From the NCBI GenBank assembly GCA_049512075.1, contig JBEKXL010000025.1:1-29574 (forward strand): a DNA stretch of 29,574 bases, written 5' to 3'. The translations under genes were made by a program, and so were the position numbers. How positions within the stretch are numbered: position 1 is the first letter of the stretch; each line of letters starts with the position of its first letter. Source of the DNA: Candidatus Bathyarchaeia archaeon (GTDB lineage: Archaea > Thermoproteota > Bathyarchaeia > Bathyarchaeales > Bathycorpusculaceae). Below, one piece after another: positions 9,153 to 18,075 of this stretch. The notes beneath the pieces are model-generated. The model was not told the origin of the DNA. It worked only from the letters and a program-made list of their open reading frames with translations, and searched no databases.

Positions 9153-10097
9153 ATGAGAGCAAACAACCGGGCAAAACACATCGCGCGATGTCTTGAACTG
9201 GCCATTTTACTGGAAGTCAGCGCCCACAAACCCGGAAACGTGAGTGTGATAAACAATTTCGAGAAGACTCTCTACGGCCATTTTCTTGCCTCTGCTGTCG
9301 CTGCTGCTTCGTCCTTTGAAACTGCTGCCCAACTGGGAATCCTTGTTTCTCAAGGGAAAATTGATGTGGCCGATGTTGGAGTAGGAAGGTTAATAAAAAG
9401 ATGCATAGCGGACATCAACGCCTGGCAACATGGTGGCAACACGCTTCTAGGCGTGGTCATACTGCTTTCCCCGATTGCAGTAGCTGCCGGAATGACTTCA
9501 ACAACGGGATATCTCAACCTTCAGCACTTGAGGAAAAACCTGAAGCTCATCACAGAATCAACCACGCCAAGAGACGCTGTCAACATGTACGCGGCAATAG
9601 AAATCGCCAACCCCAGCGGACTCGGAAAAGCCCCAGCCCTAGACATCAACGACCCAGACTCAGTAGGCAGAATACTCGAAGACAAAATATCCCTGTACAA
9701 GATCTTCAAAATAGCAGAAAAATACGACACCATCTGTTCCGAGTGGGTAAACAACTACCCAATAACCTTCGACCTCGCCTACCCATCTCTGACCAAACGA
9801 CTACAAAACAAGGACGATCCAAATAGCGCCACAGTTCAAACCTTCTTGGAGGTTCTAGCAAAAGTTCCAGACACGTTCATAGCCAGGAAGACGGGCATCG
9901 AAAAATCACGTGAGATTTCACTAAGAGCCAGACATGTATTAAACCTCGGCGGAATTGAAACTTCCGTCGGCAAAAAAAGCCTAAGCGAGTTCGACCAAGA
10001 ACTCAGAAAATCTGGCAATCTCTTGAACCCGGGGACAACGGCAGACATACTCGCAGCAGCTTTGGCGTTGTGTGTTCTCAACGGATACAGACCATAG
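9153..10097 (+). CDS. citG: CitG family (triphosphoribosyl-dephospho-CoA synthase-like) protein
   Basis: LEVSAHKPGNV, GNTLLG, DTFIARK and LNPGTTAD motifs. Confidence 0.85.
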   Translation: MRANNRAKHIARCLELAILLEVSAHKPGNVSVINNFEKTLYGHFLASAVAAASSFETAAQLGILVSQGKIDVADVGVGRLIKRCIADINAWQHGGNTLLGVVILLSPIAVAAGMTSTTGYLNLQHLRKNLKLITESTTPRDAVNMYAAIEIANPSGLGKAPALDINDPDSVGRILEDKISLYKIFKIAEKYDTICSEWVNNYPITFDLAYPSLTKRLQNKDDPNSATVQTFLEVLAKVPDTFIARKTGIEKSREISLRARHVLNLGGIETSVGKKSLSEFDQELRKSGNLLNPGTTADILAAALALCVLNGYRP

Positions 10098-10161
10098 CCT
10101 AGCGTGAATCGTCATTTCAAGTTGACAGAGGACGCATCTACCAATGAATGCAAAACTGGCT

Positions 10162-10722
10162 CTATCTCAGGACCACTTTCTCTGCATCTATGTAAACTTC
10201 TAGATCGTCTCTTGAAAAAAGAACAAACACCACTCGGTCGACGTTGTCTTCCCTTTCCAAGAAACTCTTAACGGTTCCCAAGGCTATTCGGCTGGCCTTT
10301 TCGATGGGGTATCCGTAAGCACCCGTGCTTATCGACGGGAACGCTACAGTTTTCAGTCCTTTAGAAACTGCCAGTTTCAAGCTGTTGCGGTAGGCCTCTG
10401 CCAGGAGTTCTGGTTCCCTCTGGTTGCCTCCTCGCCAGACGGGTCCAACAGTGTGAATGACATATTTAGCCTTCAAATTGCCTCCAGTTGTCACTGCCGC
10501 CTTTCCTGTCGGAAGCCCTCCCGGCCATTCTCGCGCTCTCAAACGCTTGCACTGTTCGAGTATGCTCGGCCCACCCCTCCTGTGGATCGCCCCATCTACG
10601 CCTCCGCCTCCCATAAGAGATGAATTGGCCGCGTTCACCACCGCATCAGTCTCCATGTCGGTTATGTCTCCTTGAACAAGACAGACTTTCGCATTCCCAA
10701 CATGGAATTCTGTTTCTTTCAT
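10162..10722 (-). CDS. Macrodomain O-acetyl-ADP-ribose deacetylase
   Basis: GDIT, VNAAN..LMGGGGVDGAIH, IHTVGP and FPSISTGAYGYP. Confidence 0.95.
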   Translation of the reverse strand: MKETEFHVGNAKVCLVQGDITDMETDAVVNAANSSLMGGGGVDGAIHRRGGPSILEQCKRLRAREWPGGLPTGKAAVTTGGNLKAKYVIHTVGPVWRGGNQREPELLAEAYRNSLKLAVSKGLKTVAFPSISTGAYGYPIEKASRIALGTVKSFLEREDNVDRVVFVLFSRDDLEVYIDAEKVVLR

Positions 10723-11285
10723 TTTCCTTCCTCATCTTTGCTAACAATTCTGGCATCTTGCACTTTCTTACCCAACGTTAAGCGGTTTTGTAGTTCTACT
10801 ACTTCTGTGCTGTCTTTCGCGTTTGCATAGTCTTCCAGTCTCTCATGGTTTATCTCAAGAAACGTGTGTCCCCACTTGAAAACGGACAGCAACTCGTCTG
10901 CTTGATCTCTGAACCCGACAATGTAAAGCGCCGCTGCAAGAGCCTCCGCTGTTGTGAGTTTTGTGAGCTTGCCAAAATTAACTGGGTTGCCCGCAACCAG
11001 TATCGGCAGACAGCGGGATGTCCCTCTCACGTGTTTCAACAAGACTTTTTCAGCGTGTTCCCAGCTGCAATCCAGGCCTACGAGTCCAAACTCTTCAGCG
11101 CGCTTCCTGTCAGCAGGAGAAAAAGCAGTCTCGGAGAACGGATTAAGCACAACCGCCCTCTTTGGCAGAAACCGTAACTGAACCACCTGTCGAACCAGCC
11201 CAAATCGTTTGAGCTTCAGAGCCGTGCACTTCTTTGGATCACATTGTCTCGCGTTGTAGACAACGATTCTAATTTGCCTTTGCAC
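10719..11285 (-). CDS. tsr3: 16S rRNA aminocarboxypropyltransferase Tsr3 (DUF367)
   Basis: QCDPKKCT, LDCSW, LVAGNPVNFG, EALAAAL and FKWGHTF. Confidence 0.93.
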   Translation of the reverse strand: MQRQIRIVVYNARQCDPKKCTALKLKRFGLVRQVVQLRFLPKRAVVLNPFSETAFSPADRKRAEEFGLVGLDCSWEHAEKVLLKHVRGTSRCLPILVAGNPVNFGKLTKLTTAEALAAALYIVGFRDQADELLSVFKWGHTFLEINHERLEDYANAKDSTEVVELQNRLTLGKKVQDARIVSKDEEGK

Positions 11286-12804
11286 GCGCCTTCAGCACCT
11301 TCAAGTGACTCATAGGATCATTCAAAACGTTCGGCAGGTGACGGATAAGATCCGAGGCAACCATGTGAGCCCCCAACTCTTCGAAGACAAAGTCGCCTGC
11401 AGCGCCGTTAACAAAAGCTGCAGCAACAGCGGCTTCGAAACAGTCCGCCCTCTGGGCCAGAAAAGCTCCAGCAACTCCGGAAAGCACGTCCCCCGTGCCG
11501 CCGACCGTCATGCCAGCGTTGCCTGTGAAGTTGAGCTTGACGCGCTTGCCATCAGAAACAACGTCGACAGGCCCCTTCAACAGCACTGTCGCGTTCAATC
11601 TTGCAGCTGTCCTCTGCACTTGCAGAACTCTTTCAGAAAGGAGACCAGGCGGTTTCTTCCCCGTTAGGATGGCGTATTCTCCAGCGTGAGGCGTCAGCAC
11701 CAAGGGCACATCCAGCCTTCTCTTAAACCTGGCAAAGGCTTTCAGACCATCCGCGTCCAAAAGCAAGGGTTTCCCGAACTTCTCCACGGTTTTGACTATT
11801 TCCTTGACAGCCTCTCCAGTTTCAGGGTGCAACCCAAGGCCTGGACCGACAACAATGGCATCAGAGGCCTCGACATAGGGTTTCAACGTTTCCAAGTTGC
11901 TCGGGTTTAAGTATTTTCCTTCAAGCTTTATGGTGATAAGATCTGGAGACATGGACGAAATAGCATAGGCAGTTTTCTCTGGCGCAGCAACATAGGCCAA
12001 ATCGACACCAGTGCGCAGAGCAGCTTGCGCGACCAGAGTTGGGGCTCCCGAAAAGGTTTCGTTCCCGCCTATAACCAGCAAACGTCCAAAATCCCCTTTG
12101 TGCGACTCAGACGGACGGGGTTTGGCGATCAGCAGAACGTCACCAGGTCCTGCAAACTGTTCAAACTCTTCGGGCAGGCCGATGTTTTTCACAACTAGCT
12201 CCCCCACGTGCTTCTTTGCTTTCTCAAGTCCCTTCTTCGACCTGTGAAAAGTAACGGTCAAGTTCGCCTTCACAGCTTCACCAGCGACGGTTCCCGTATC
12301 TGCATCGATTCCTGTCGGCACGTCAACAGCAACTCGGAAAGCGTCCATCTCGTTAATTCTCTCAACAAGCTGCAAGACTGGCGGCCTCAAGCTTTCCTTA
12401 GCGCCCGTTCCAAGCAACGCATCAATCACTACGTCCGACGTTGTCTTCGGCACAAGTGCACTGTCATAAACTTCCTCAACAGGAATCGTGTCATCCAAGA
12501 ATTGTAGTGCACGCCAATTCTCGAGCGCCGCTTTATCCAAAATGTCTTTGCTCTTTCCAGCGAGAAGGACTTTGACCTTGAAACCCATGCAGGACAAGTG
12601 TCTAGCCGCAACGAAACCGTCGCCGCCGTTTCCGCCCAAACCACAGAAAACCACCACAGACTTCCCCGGTTTAAATCGTGAAGAAACTTCCAAGGCAACG
12701 TTGTGGCCAGCGTTTTCCATCAACAGAAGCCTCGAAACACCAAAATACTCCGCGTTCAACTCCAACGCTCGCATATCACGGCTCGTTATAGGATCTTTAA
12801 GCAT
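11269..12804 (-). CDS. nnr: Bifunctional NAD(P)H-hydrate epimerase/dehydratase (NnrE-NnrD)
   Basis: LLMENAG, GNGGDG, DALLGTG, DVPTG, HKGDFG, GPGLG, DADG, LTPHAGE and GGTGDVL; start set at MLKDP. Confidence 0.95.
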   Translation of the reverse strand: MLKDPITSRDMRALELNAEYFGVSRLLLMENAGHNVALEVSSRFKPGKSVVVFCGLGGNGGDGFVAARHLSCMGFKVKVLLAGKSKDILDKAALENWRALQFLDDTIPVEEVYDSALVPKTTSDVVIDALLGTGAKESLRPPVLQLVERINEMDAFRVAVDVPTGIDADTGTVAGEAVKANLTVTFHRSKKGLEKAKKHVGELVVKNIGLPEEFEQFAGPGDVLLIAKPRPSESHKGDFGRLLVIGGNETFSGAPTLVAQAALRTGVDLAYVAAPEKTAYAISSMSPDLITIKLEGKYLNPSNLETLKPYVEASDAIVVGPGLGLHPETGEAVKEIVKTVEKFGKPLLLDADGLKAFARFKRRLDVPLVLTPHAGEYAILTGKKPPGLLSERVLQVQRTAARLNATVLLKGPVDVVSDGKRVKLNFTGNAGMTVGGTGDVLSGVAGAFLAQRADCFEAAVAAAFVNGAAGDFVFEELGAHMVASDLIRHLPNVLNDPMSHLKVLKARAKAN

Positions 12805-12990
12805 ACTCAAAGCCCGATAAACTAGTGTCCAGAAAACAAAGATAAGCGTATCCGTACTCTCAGCAAAAGAGACAGAGCACGACTGGCTTAGCCCAACGGA
12901 GCAGCAGAGAGCAGAAGGCACGAAGAGTTTGCCTCAAAGTGTAGCAAAATATTTTAATGCATATACACAAACATAACTGTGGAGATTTAA

Positions 12991-13236
12991 ATGCCAACAG
13001 CTTTCGTGCTAATCAATACCGAGATCGGTTCAGAAAGCGACGTACTCAAAGACTTGAAGAAGGTTGAAGGAGTAGAGCAAGCAAACGCTGTCTACGGAGT
13101 TTACGACATAATCGCCAGAGTGAGCGCAGACACAATGGACAGGCTTAAGGAAATCGTCACATGGAAAGTCAGAAGACTCGACAAGGTCAGATCAACCCTC
13201 ACAATGATCGTTGTAGAAGAAGCGGCAAAGAAATAG
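12991..13236 (+). CDS. Stand-alone Lrp/AsnC ligand-binding domain protein
   Basis: AFVLIN...VYGVYDIIA...VRSTLTMIV; no HTH domain. Confidence 0.9.
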   Translation: MPTAFVLINTEIGSESDVLKDLKKVEGVEQANAVYGVYDIIARVSADTMDRLKEIVTWKVRRLDKVRSTLTMIVVEEAAKK

Positions 13237-13326
13237 CACGCATTCCCTCCTTTTTATTTGGACCCCACAATTCTCCGTTTATATTTCGCCCTTATTCCTA
13301 ATTCCGGTATAGCTGAGTTTAGACGA

Positions 13327-14664
13327 ATGTCCCAGAAAACGATGCATATAGGACTAGACGATACAGATTCAACGAGGAAGGGTTGCACAACCTACGTTGC
13401 CGCCCTTCTTGTCGAGAAACTGCAGAAGCTCGGCGCAGGCTTCAGCGATTATCCAAGCCTGGTTAGACTGAACCCAAACGTACCTTGGAAGACCAGAGGA
13501 AACGGTGCGCTGTGCCTAAGAATACGACACGACAAAAACGCTGCGAATCAAATGAAAGAGACAGTCATATCCACGGTCGAAGAAAAAGCAGATATGGACT
13601 TCAGAGGCACAGACCCTGGTGTGGTCTTCCTTGAAAAAGTGAGAATCCCGAAGGAAGTCAGAGTTTTTGCAAAACATGCTATAACGGGAATCGTGACGCT
13701 CAAGGAAGCCTCAAAGCTTCTGACGAAATTCAACGGAGAAGCCGTGGGTTTCAAGAATGGCAGAGGAATCATCGGCGGTTTGGCAGCCATAGGCGAAACG
13801 TTTCAGGGAGACTGCACCTACGAGATTCTTGCGTATCGAATTCCAAAGAAGTACGGACTGAAGAGAAGAGTCGACGAAACTTCAATCTTCGGAATGGACA
13901 AGGCGACAGCACCATACACGTTTAACAACGTTGACACGGAGAGACACAGGGTCATCATTACGCCTCGAGGACCCGACCCGATTCTTTTCGGCATCAGGGG
14001 CGAGACTCCAGAAATCGTGAAGAAAGCATTTGAAATGGTCAACCCGCTGGAACCAGTTGAAAGATGGGTCATTTTCCGCTCGAACCAAGGAACAGACGCA
14101 CATCTCAAACGAATCAGTGATCTGAGCCAACTTAGACCGTACAGTTCAGTTATCGCAAAGGCAATTGTTGCAGCGAACCCGAAGATGATTCGTGGAAGAC
14201 ACATAATTTTCCCAGTCAGAGATGAGAGCGTTCAGGTTGACTGCGCCGCGTATGAACCAAGCGGTGCTCTAAGCCGCGTTGCGAGAGAACTGATGAGTGG
14301 AGACTGCATAGAAGTTTGCGGCAGTGTTCGAGCTCCTTCACGGGGAAGGCCTCTAACGGTGAATCTCGAAAAGATCCGACTGTTGAAACTGGCCCCAAAG
14401 ATTGTTTATCGAAATCCGATTTGCCCAAGGTGTGGCAAACGGTTGAAATCAATGGGCAAGAACAAGGGTTTCAGGTGTGAAAAATGCGGGCTGAGAGACA
14501 CGAGTGTCAGAAAGGTTGAGGTCAGGATGAAACGTGAGATAAGAAAAGGCCTGTACATAAGCTCAACAAGATCTCAGAGACATTTAACCAAGCCGTTTGT
14601 CCGTTACGGAATGGAAAAACGTCACGGAGCATGTGAAAGACTGATTGAAAACTGGCATTCTTAA
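13327..14664 (+). CDS. tiaS: tRNA(Ile2) agmatinylcytidine synthetase
   Basis: IGLDDTDS, RLNPNVPWKTRGN, DPILFGIRG, SNQGTDAH and CPRC...CEKC zinc ribbon; start set at MSQKT. Confidence 0.95.
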   Translation: MSQKTMHIGLDDTDSTRKGCTTYVAALLVEKLQKLGAGFSDYPSLVRLNPNVPWKTRGNGALCLRIRHDKNAANQMKETVISTVEEKADMDFRGTDPGVVFLEKVRIPKEVRVFAKHAITGIVTLKEASKLLTKFNGEAVGFKNGRGIIGGLAAIGETFQGDCTYEILAYRIPKKYGLKRRVDETSIFGMDKATAPYTFNNVDTERHRVIITPRGPDPILFGIRGETPEIVKKAFEMVNPLEPVERWVIFRSNQGTDAHLKRISDLSQLRPYSSVIAKAIVAANPKMIRGRHIIFPVRDESVQVDCAAYEPSGALSRVARELMSGDCIEVCGSVRAPSRGRPLTVNLEKIRLLKLAPKIVYRNPICPRCGKRLKSMGKNKGFRCEKCGLRDTSVRKVEVRMKREIRKGLYISSTRSQRHLTKPFVRYGMEKRHGACERLIENWHS

Positions 14665-14909
14665 GCTCCGTTTTTTACATTGAAGATTTCGCACAGCATT
14701 TGATACAGTTCGTCGCCGCCTTCGACCTTTGAGAAGAGGTCTTTTTCCGCTTTAAGGATGCGTCCCATGGTGTGATACGTCTCCCGCCACTCTAGTTCTT
14801 TCCACATCAATCGGTAGTTCCTCAGTTCGAGCCATGCACGGAAAATCAGAACTGCGAACATGCCTAAAGTGGCTAACAGGTTCAGCAAGTAGATGTCAAA
14901 TATGTCCGT
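14661..14909 (-). CDS. Small hypothetical protein with an N-terminal TM helix
   Basis: 75-aa ORF from TTG 14888; the frame extends to ACG at 14909 behind a GGAGGTGA SD sequence. Confidence 0.7.
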   Translation of the reverse strand, partial: TDIFDIYLLNLLATLGMFAVLIFRAWLELRNYRLMWKELEWRETYHTMGRILKAEKDLFSKVEGGDELYQMLCEIFNVKNGA

Positions 14910-15184
14910 CCCTTTTCACCTCCCGCCTGCCTTTTGCCATGAAGTGCTTATAGCCAAAACGCATTTAAATCAAACGCGCGGCAGCACGACCAAGGAGAAG
15001 TATCTGAATGAACGAGATCGTTTCTCCACTTGTTTTCAATTGAACGTCGGAAGTAGACGGTTTCTTTCTCGGACTTAGGCCTGGATAAGCCACCAGCGCG
15101 AGTGAGAACACCGGCGAAATAGTTTAAATGTCTGTGTTTTGTTAATCCTAGAAATCGGAGTCCATAGTTCAGGGTGTTTATGAC

Positions 15185-17980
15185 TTGGAGCAGTTCCCAA
15201 AGGAGGAATACGACCTCCCGTTTTTCAAAGAGCAGGGCTACGTTAGAAAATTGTGCCCCAAGTGTGGGGAGCATTTTTGGACGCAGCTTGCAGATCAGGT
15301 CACATGCGGTGAGGCAACTTCAGAAGGATGCGCATCCTACACTTTCATAAATAATCCGCCTACGAGCAGAAAGTACAGTCTGCGCGAGATGCGTGAAGCT
15401 TTTCTCTCGTTCTTCGAGAAAAACGGTCATGTACGCATAAAGCCTTATCCTGTCGTGGCAAGATGGAGAGGCGACATCTACCTAACTCATGCGAGCATAA
15501 TTGACTTTCAGCCATACGTCACTGACGGAATTGCTCCTCCACCAGCAAATCCGCTAGTAATCTCTCAACCCTGCATACGCTTAGTGGACATAGATAACAC
15601 TGGCCCCACGTTTGGCAGACACGGGACGATTTTTGAGATGGGCGGAGCGCACGCGTTTAACTATCCGGACAAGGAGGTGTACTGGAAAGACCAGACCGTC
15701 AGGTACCAGCACGATTTCGTTACAAACGTTTTGGGCGTCAAGTCCGAGGAGATTGTGTACAAGGAGGAGGTTTGGTGCGGCGGAGGGAACGCAGGACCAT
15801 GCGTAGAATCCATCATCAGAGGTTTAGAGGTGGATACGCTAGTTTTCATGCAGTTCAAGGTCGTCAACGGCGCCTTTGTCAGGTTGCCAATTCGGACGGT
15901 TGACACGGGCTACGGCATGGACCGTTATGCATGGCTTTCCCAAGGCGCACCCAGCGGTTTCCATGCAATCTATGGCGACCTGCTTGAGAAAGTTTTCAAG
16001 ATGGCGGGCATGACCAGAATCAACGATGAACTCTTGAAGAGAGTGGCGGAAGCTTCAGGTTTAGTGAACTTGGACAAAATGGCGAGCAGGGCTGAAACTC
16101 GAAAGAAAGAAGCAGAGATCGTGGGAATAAGAGTAGACGAGCTGGAGAAGTTTGTAGGTCCGATTGAGAAGGCCTTTGCAGTTACAGACCATACCAAGTG
16201 TTTGAGTTTTATACTCTCTGAAGGGGTGGTTCCTTCGAACATCCAAGAAGGCTACCTGGCTCGCCTCATTTTCCGCAGAGTCTACCGCCTGCTAAGGATG
16301 CTGGGGATATCTGACAAGCTCTACGACATCGTGGACATGCAGGTGAAACTGTGGTCCAAGGATTATCCCCGCCTGAAGGAGATGCGAAACGAAATAATGG
16401 AGATGCTCAAGGTCGAAGAAGAAAAATTCGAGGAAACCATTAAGCGCGGAGAGGGAATGGTTAGGCGCATCTCCGGCGAGCTGAGGAAAGAAGGAAAGAA
16501 GACGATTCCAGTGGAAACGTTGACGGAACTTTATGACTCTCACGGGCTGCCGCCTGAGATAGTCAAGCAAGCTGCGGAAAAGGAAGGCTTCAGCGTGGAA
16601 CTCCCAGACAACTTCTACAATTTGATAGCTCAGAGGCACATGCAGGTCTCGGCACCCTTGGAAGAGGAGGCCACGTTTGAACAGAAGTTGAAGACAGAAG
16701 TCTCTGAGCTTCCTGCAACCGTGGCGTTGTACTATGAGAATCAGTACATGAGGGAGTTTGAAGCAAAGGTTCTGAGGGTGATCGACAGAGAATATGTTGT
16801 GGTTGATAGGACGTGCTTCTTTCCGGAAGGCGGTGGACAACCGGCGGACATCGGCCACTTCACGTTCGAAGGTGAGAAGGCTGAAGTGGTTGATGTTCAA
16901 AAAGTGGGCAGGGTTATCGTTCACAAGGTGGAGGGCGTTGTTCCTAAAGAAGGCAACGTGGTCAAAGGAGCCATCGTCTGGGAGAAACGTTACAGCCTCA
17001 TGAAGAATCACACTGCGACCCACGTGGTAGGCGGGGCTGCTAGGCGAGTTCTGGGTCAGCATGTTTGGCAGTACGGAACGCAGAAAGGCATCGAGACTTC
17101 GAGGCTTGACATCTCGCATTACCGCAGATTAACGCTAGAAGAGGTGCAGAAGATAGAGACTTTGGCGAATGAGGCTGTTCTGAGGAACATTCAGGTTGAG
17201 ACGAAATGGATGCCGAGGAACGAGGCTGAAAGTCTCTACGGTTTCAGGCTTTACCAGGGTGGAGCAGTGCCCGGTAAAGAAATCCGAGTTGTGAGAACCG
17301 GAGACTGGGACGTTGAAGCCTGCGCTGGGACGCATTTGAAGGGCACGGGCGAGATTGGGTTTCTCAAAATAGTCCATTCGGAAAGAGTTCAGGATGGCGT
17401 TGAGAGGCTCGTCTATTCTGTCGGAATTCCAGCGGTCAAGGCTGTTCAAAGGAATGAGGAACTGCTTTTCAGAGTTTCTGAAACGTTGAACGCCCCTCTG
17501 GAAAAGTTGGACAAGACGGCGGAGAAGCTTGTCAAGGAGCTGAAGGAAGCGAACGTTGAAAGAAGAAGACTGGTTAAAGAAATAGCAGTTCAGGACAGTG
17601 CCAAACTGGAGGACGAGGTTGAGACTGTAGAAAACAAGGAGATAGCAGGCGTCAAACTGGTAATCAGAGATTTTCATGAATCCATTGACATCGACCGAAT
17701 GGTTCAGACTGCAAACGAGATAATCAAGAGAGACGAGGCAACGGTCACATTATTCTATGGATCGGACGGGAAGAACGCAAGAATAATGGTGATGGCCGGA
17801 AAAGCCGCCCTTGAGAAGGGAGTGAATGCCAATGAGGTGGTCAGAGAATCGGCTGTAGTCATCGGCGGCGGAGGAGGCGGAAGACCTAACTTTGCTCAGG
17901 GCGGCGGGACACAAACTGAAAGACTTCCTGAAGCGGTCAAGAAGGCCGAAGAGATCGTGAGGAAAAAGCTGAAACACTAG
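15185..17980 (+). CDS. alaS: Alanine--tRNA ligase (archaeal type)
   Basis: VVARWR, ANPLVISQPCIR, VDTGYG, PEGGGQ, editing motifs NHTATH and ACAGTH, C-terminal GGGGGGRPNFAQGG. Confidence 0.97.
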   Translation: MEQFPKEEYDLPFFKEQGYVRKLCPKCGEHFWTQLADQVTCGEATSEGCASYTFINNPPTSRKYSLREMREAFLSFFEKNGHVRIKPYPVVARWRGDIYLTHASIIDFQPYVTDGIAPPPANPLVISQPCIRLVDIDNTGPTFGRHGTIFEMGGAHAFNYPDKEVYWKDQTVRYQHDFVTNVLGVKSEEIVYKEEVWCGGGNAGPCVESIIRGLEVDTLVFMQFKVVNGAFVRLPIRTVDTGYGMDRYAWLSQGAPSGFHAIYGDLLEKVFKMAGMTRINDELLKRVAEASGLVNLDKMASRAETRKKEAEIVGIRVDELEKFVGPIEKAFAVTDHTKCLSFILSEGVVPSNIQEGYLARLIFRRVYRLLRMLGISDKLYDIVDMQVKLWSKDYPRLKEMRNEIMEMLKVEEEKFEETIKRGEGMVRRISGELRKEGKKTIPVETLTELYDSHGLPPEIVKQAAEKEGFSVELPDNFYNLIAQRHMQVSAPLEEEATFEQKLKTEVSELPATVALYYENQYMREFEAKVLRVIDREYVVVDRTCFFPEGGGQPADIGHFTFEGEKAEVVDVQKVGRVIVHKVEGVVPKEGNVVKGAIVWEKRYSLMKNHTATHVVGGAARRVLGQHVWQYGTQKGIETSRLDISHYRRLTLEEVQKIETLANEAVLRNIQVETKWMPRNEAESLYGFRLYQGGAVPGKEIRVVRTGDWDVEACAGTHLKGTGEIGFLKIVHSERVQDGVERLVYSVGIPAVKAVQRNEELLFRVSETLNAPLEKLDKTAEKLVKELKEANVERRRLVKEIAVQDSAKLEDEVETVENKEIAGVKLVIRDFHESIDIDRMVQTANEIIKRDEATVTLFYGSDGKNARIMVMAGKAALEKGVNANEVVRESAVVIGGGGGGRPNFAQGGGTQTERLPEAVKKAEEIVRKKLKH

Positions 17981-18075
17981 TGAAACGGCGAGACGTGTCG
18001 TATCAAGGTTGGAATGCAAGGCGCAACAAAGGAGTCGCGAGCTTTTAACTGCAGAATAGAAGGGGAAATAGAAGA

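Noticed and set aside
12805-12921. N-terminal extension of nnr in the ORF track
   Set aside because: It spans the divergent promoter region; the family-like sequence begins at 12804.
14930-15180. tRNA or structured leader upstream of alaS
   Set aside because: No cloverleaf or convincing stem-loop found by eye.
16292-17677. 275-aa and 180-aa minus-strand ORFs
   Set aside because: Antisense shadows of alaS.
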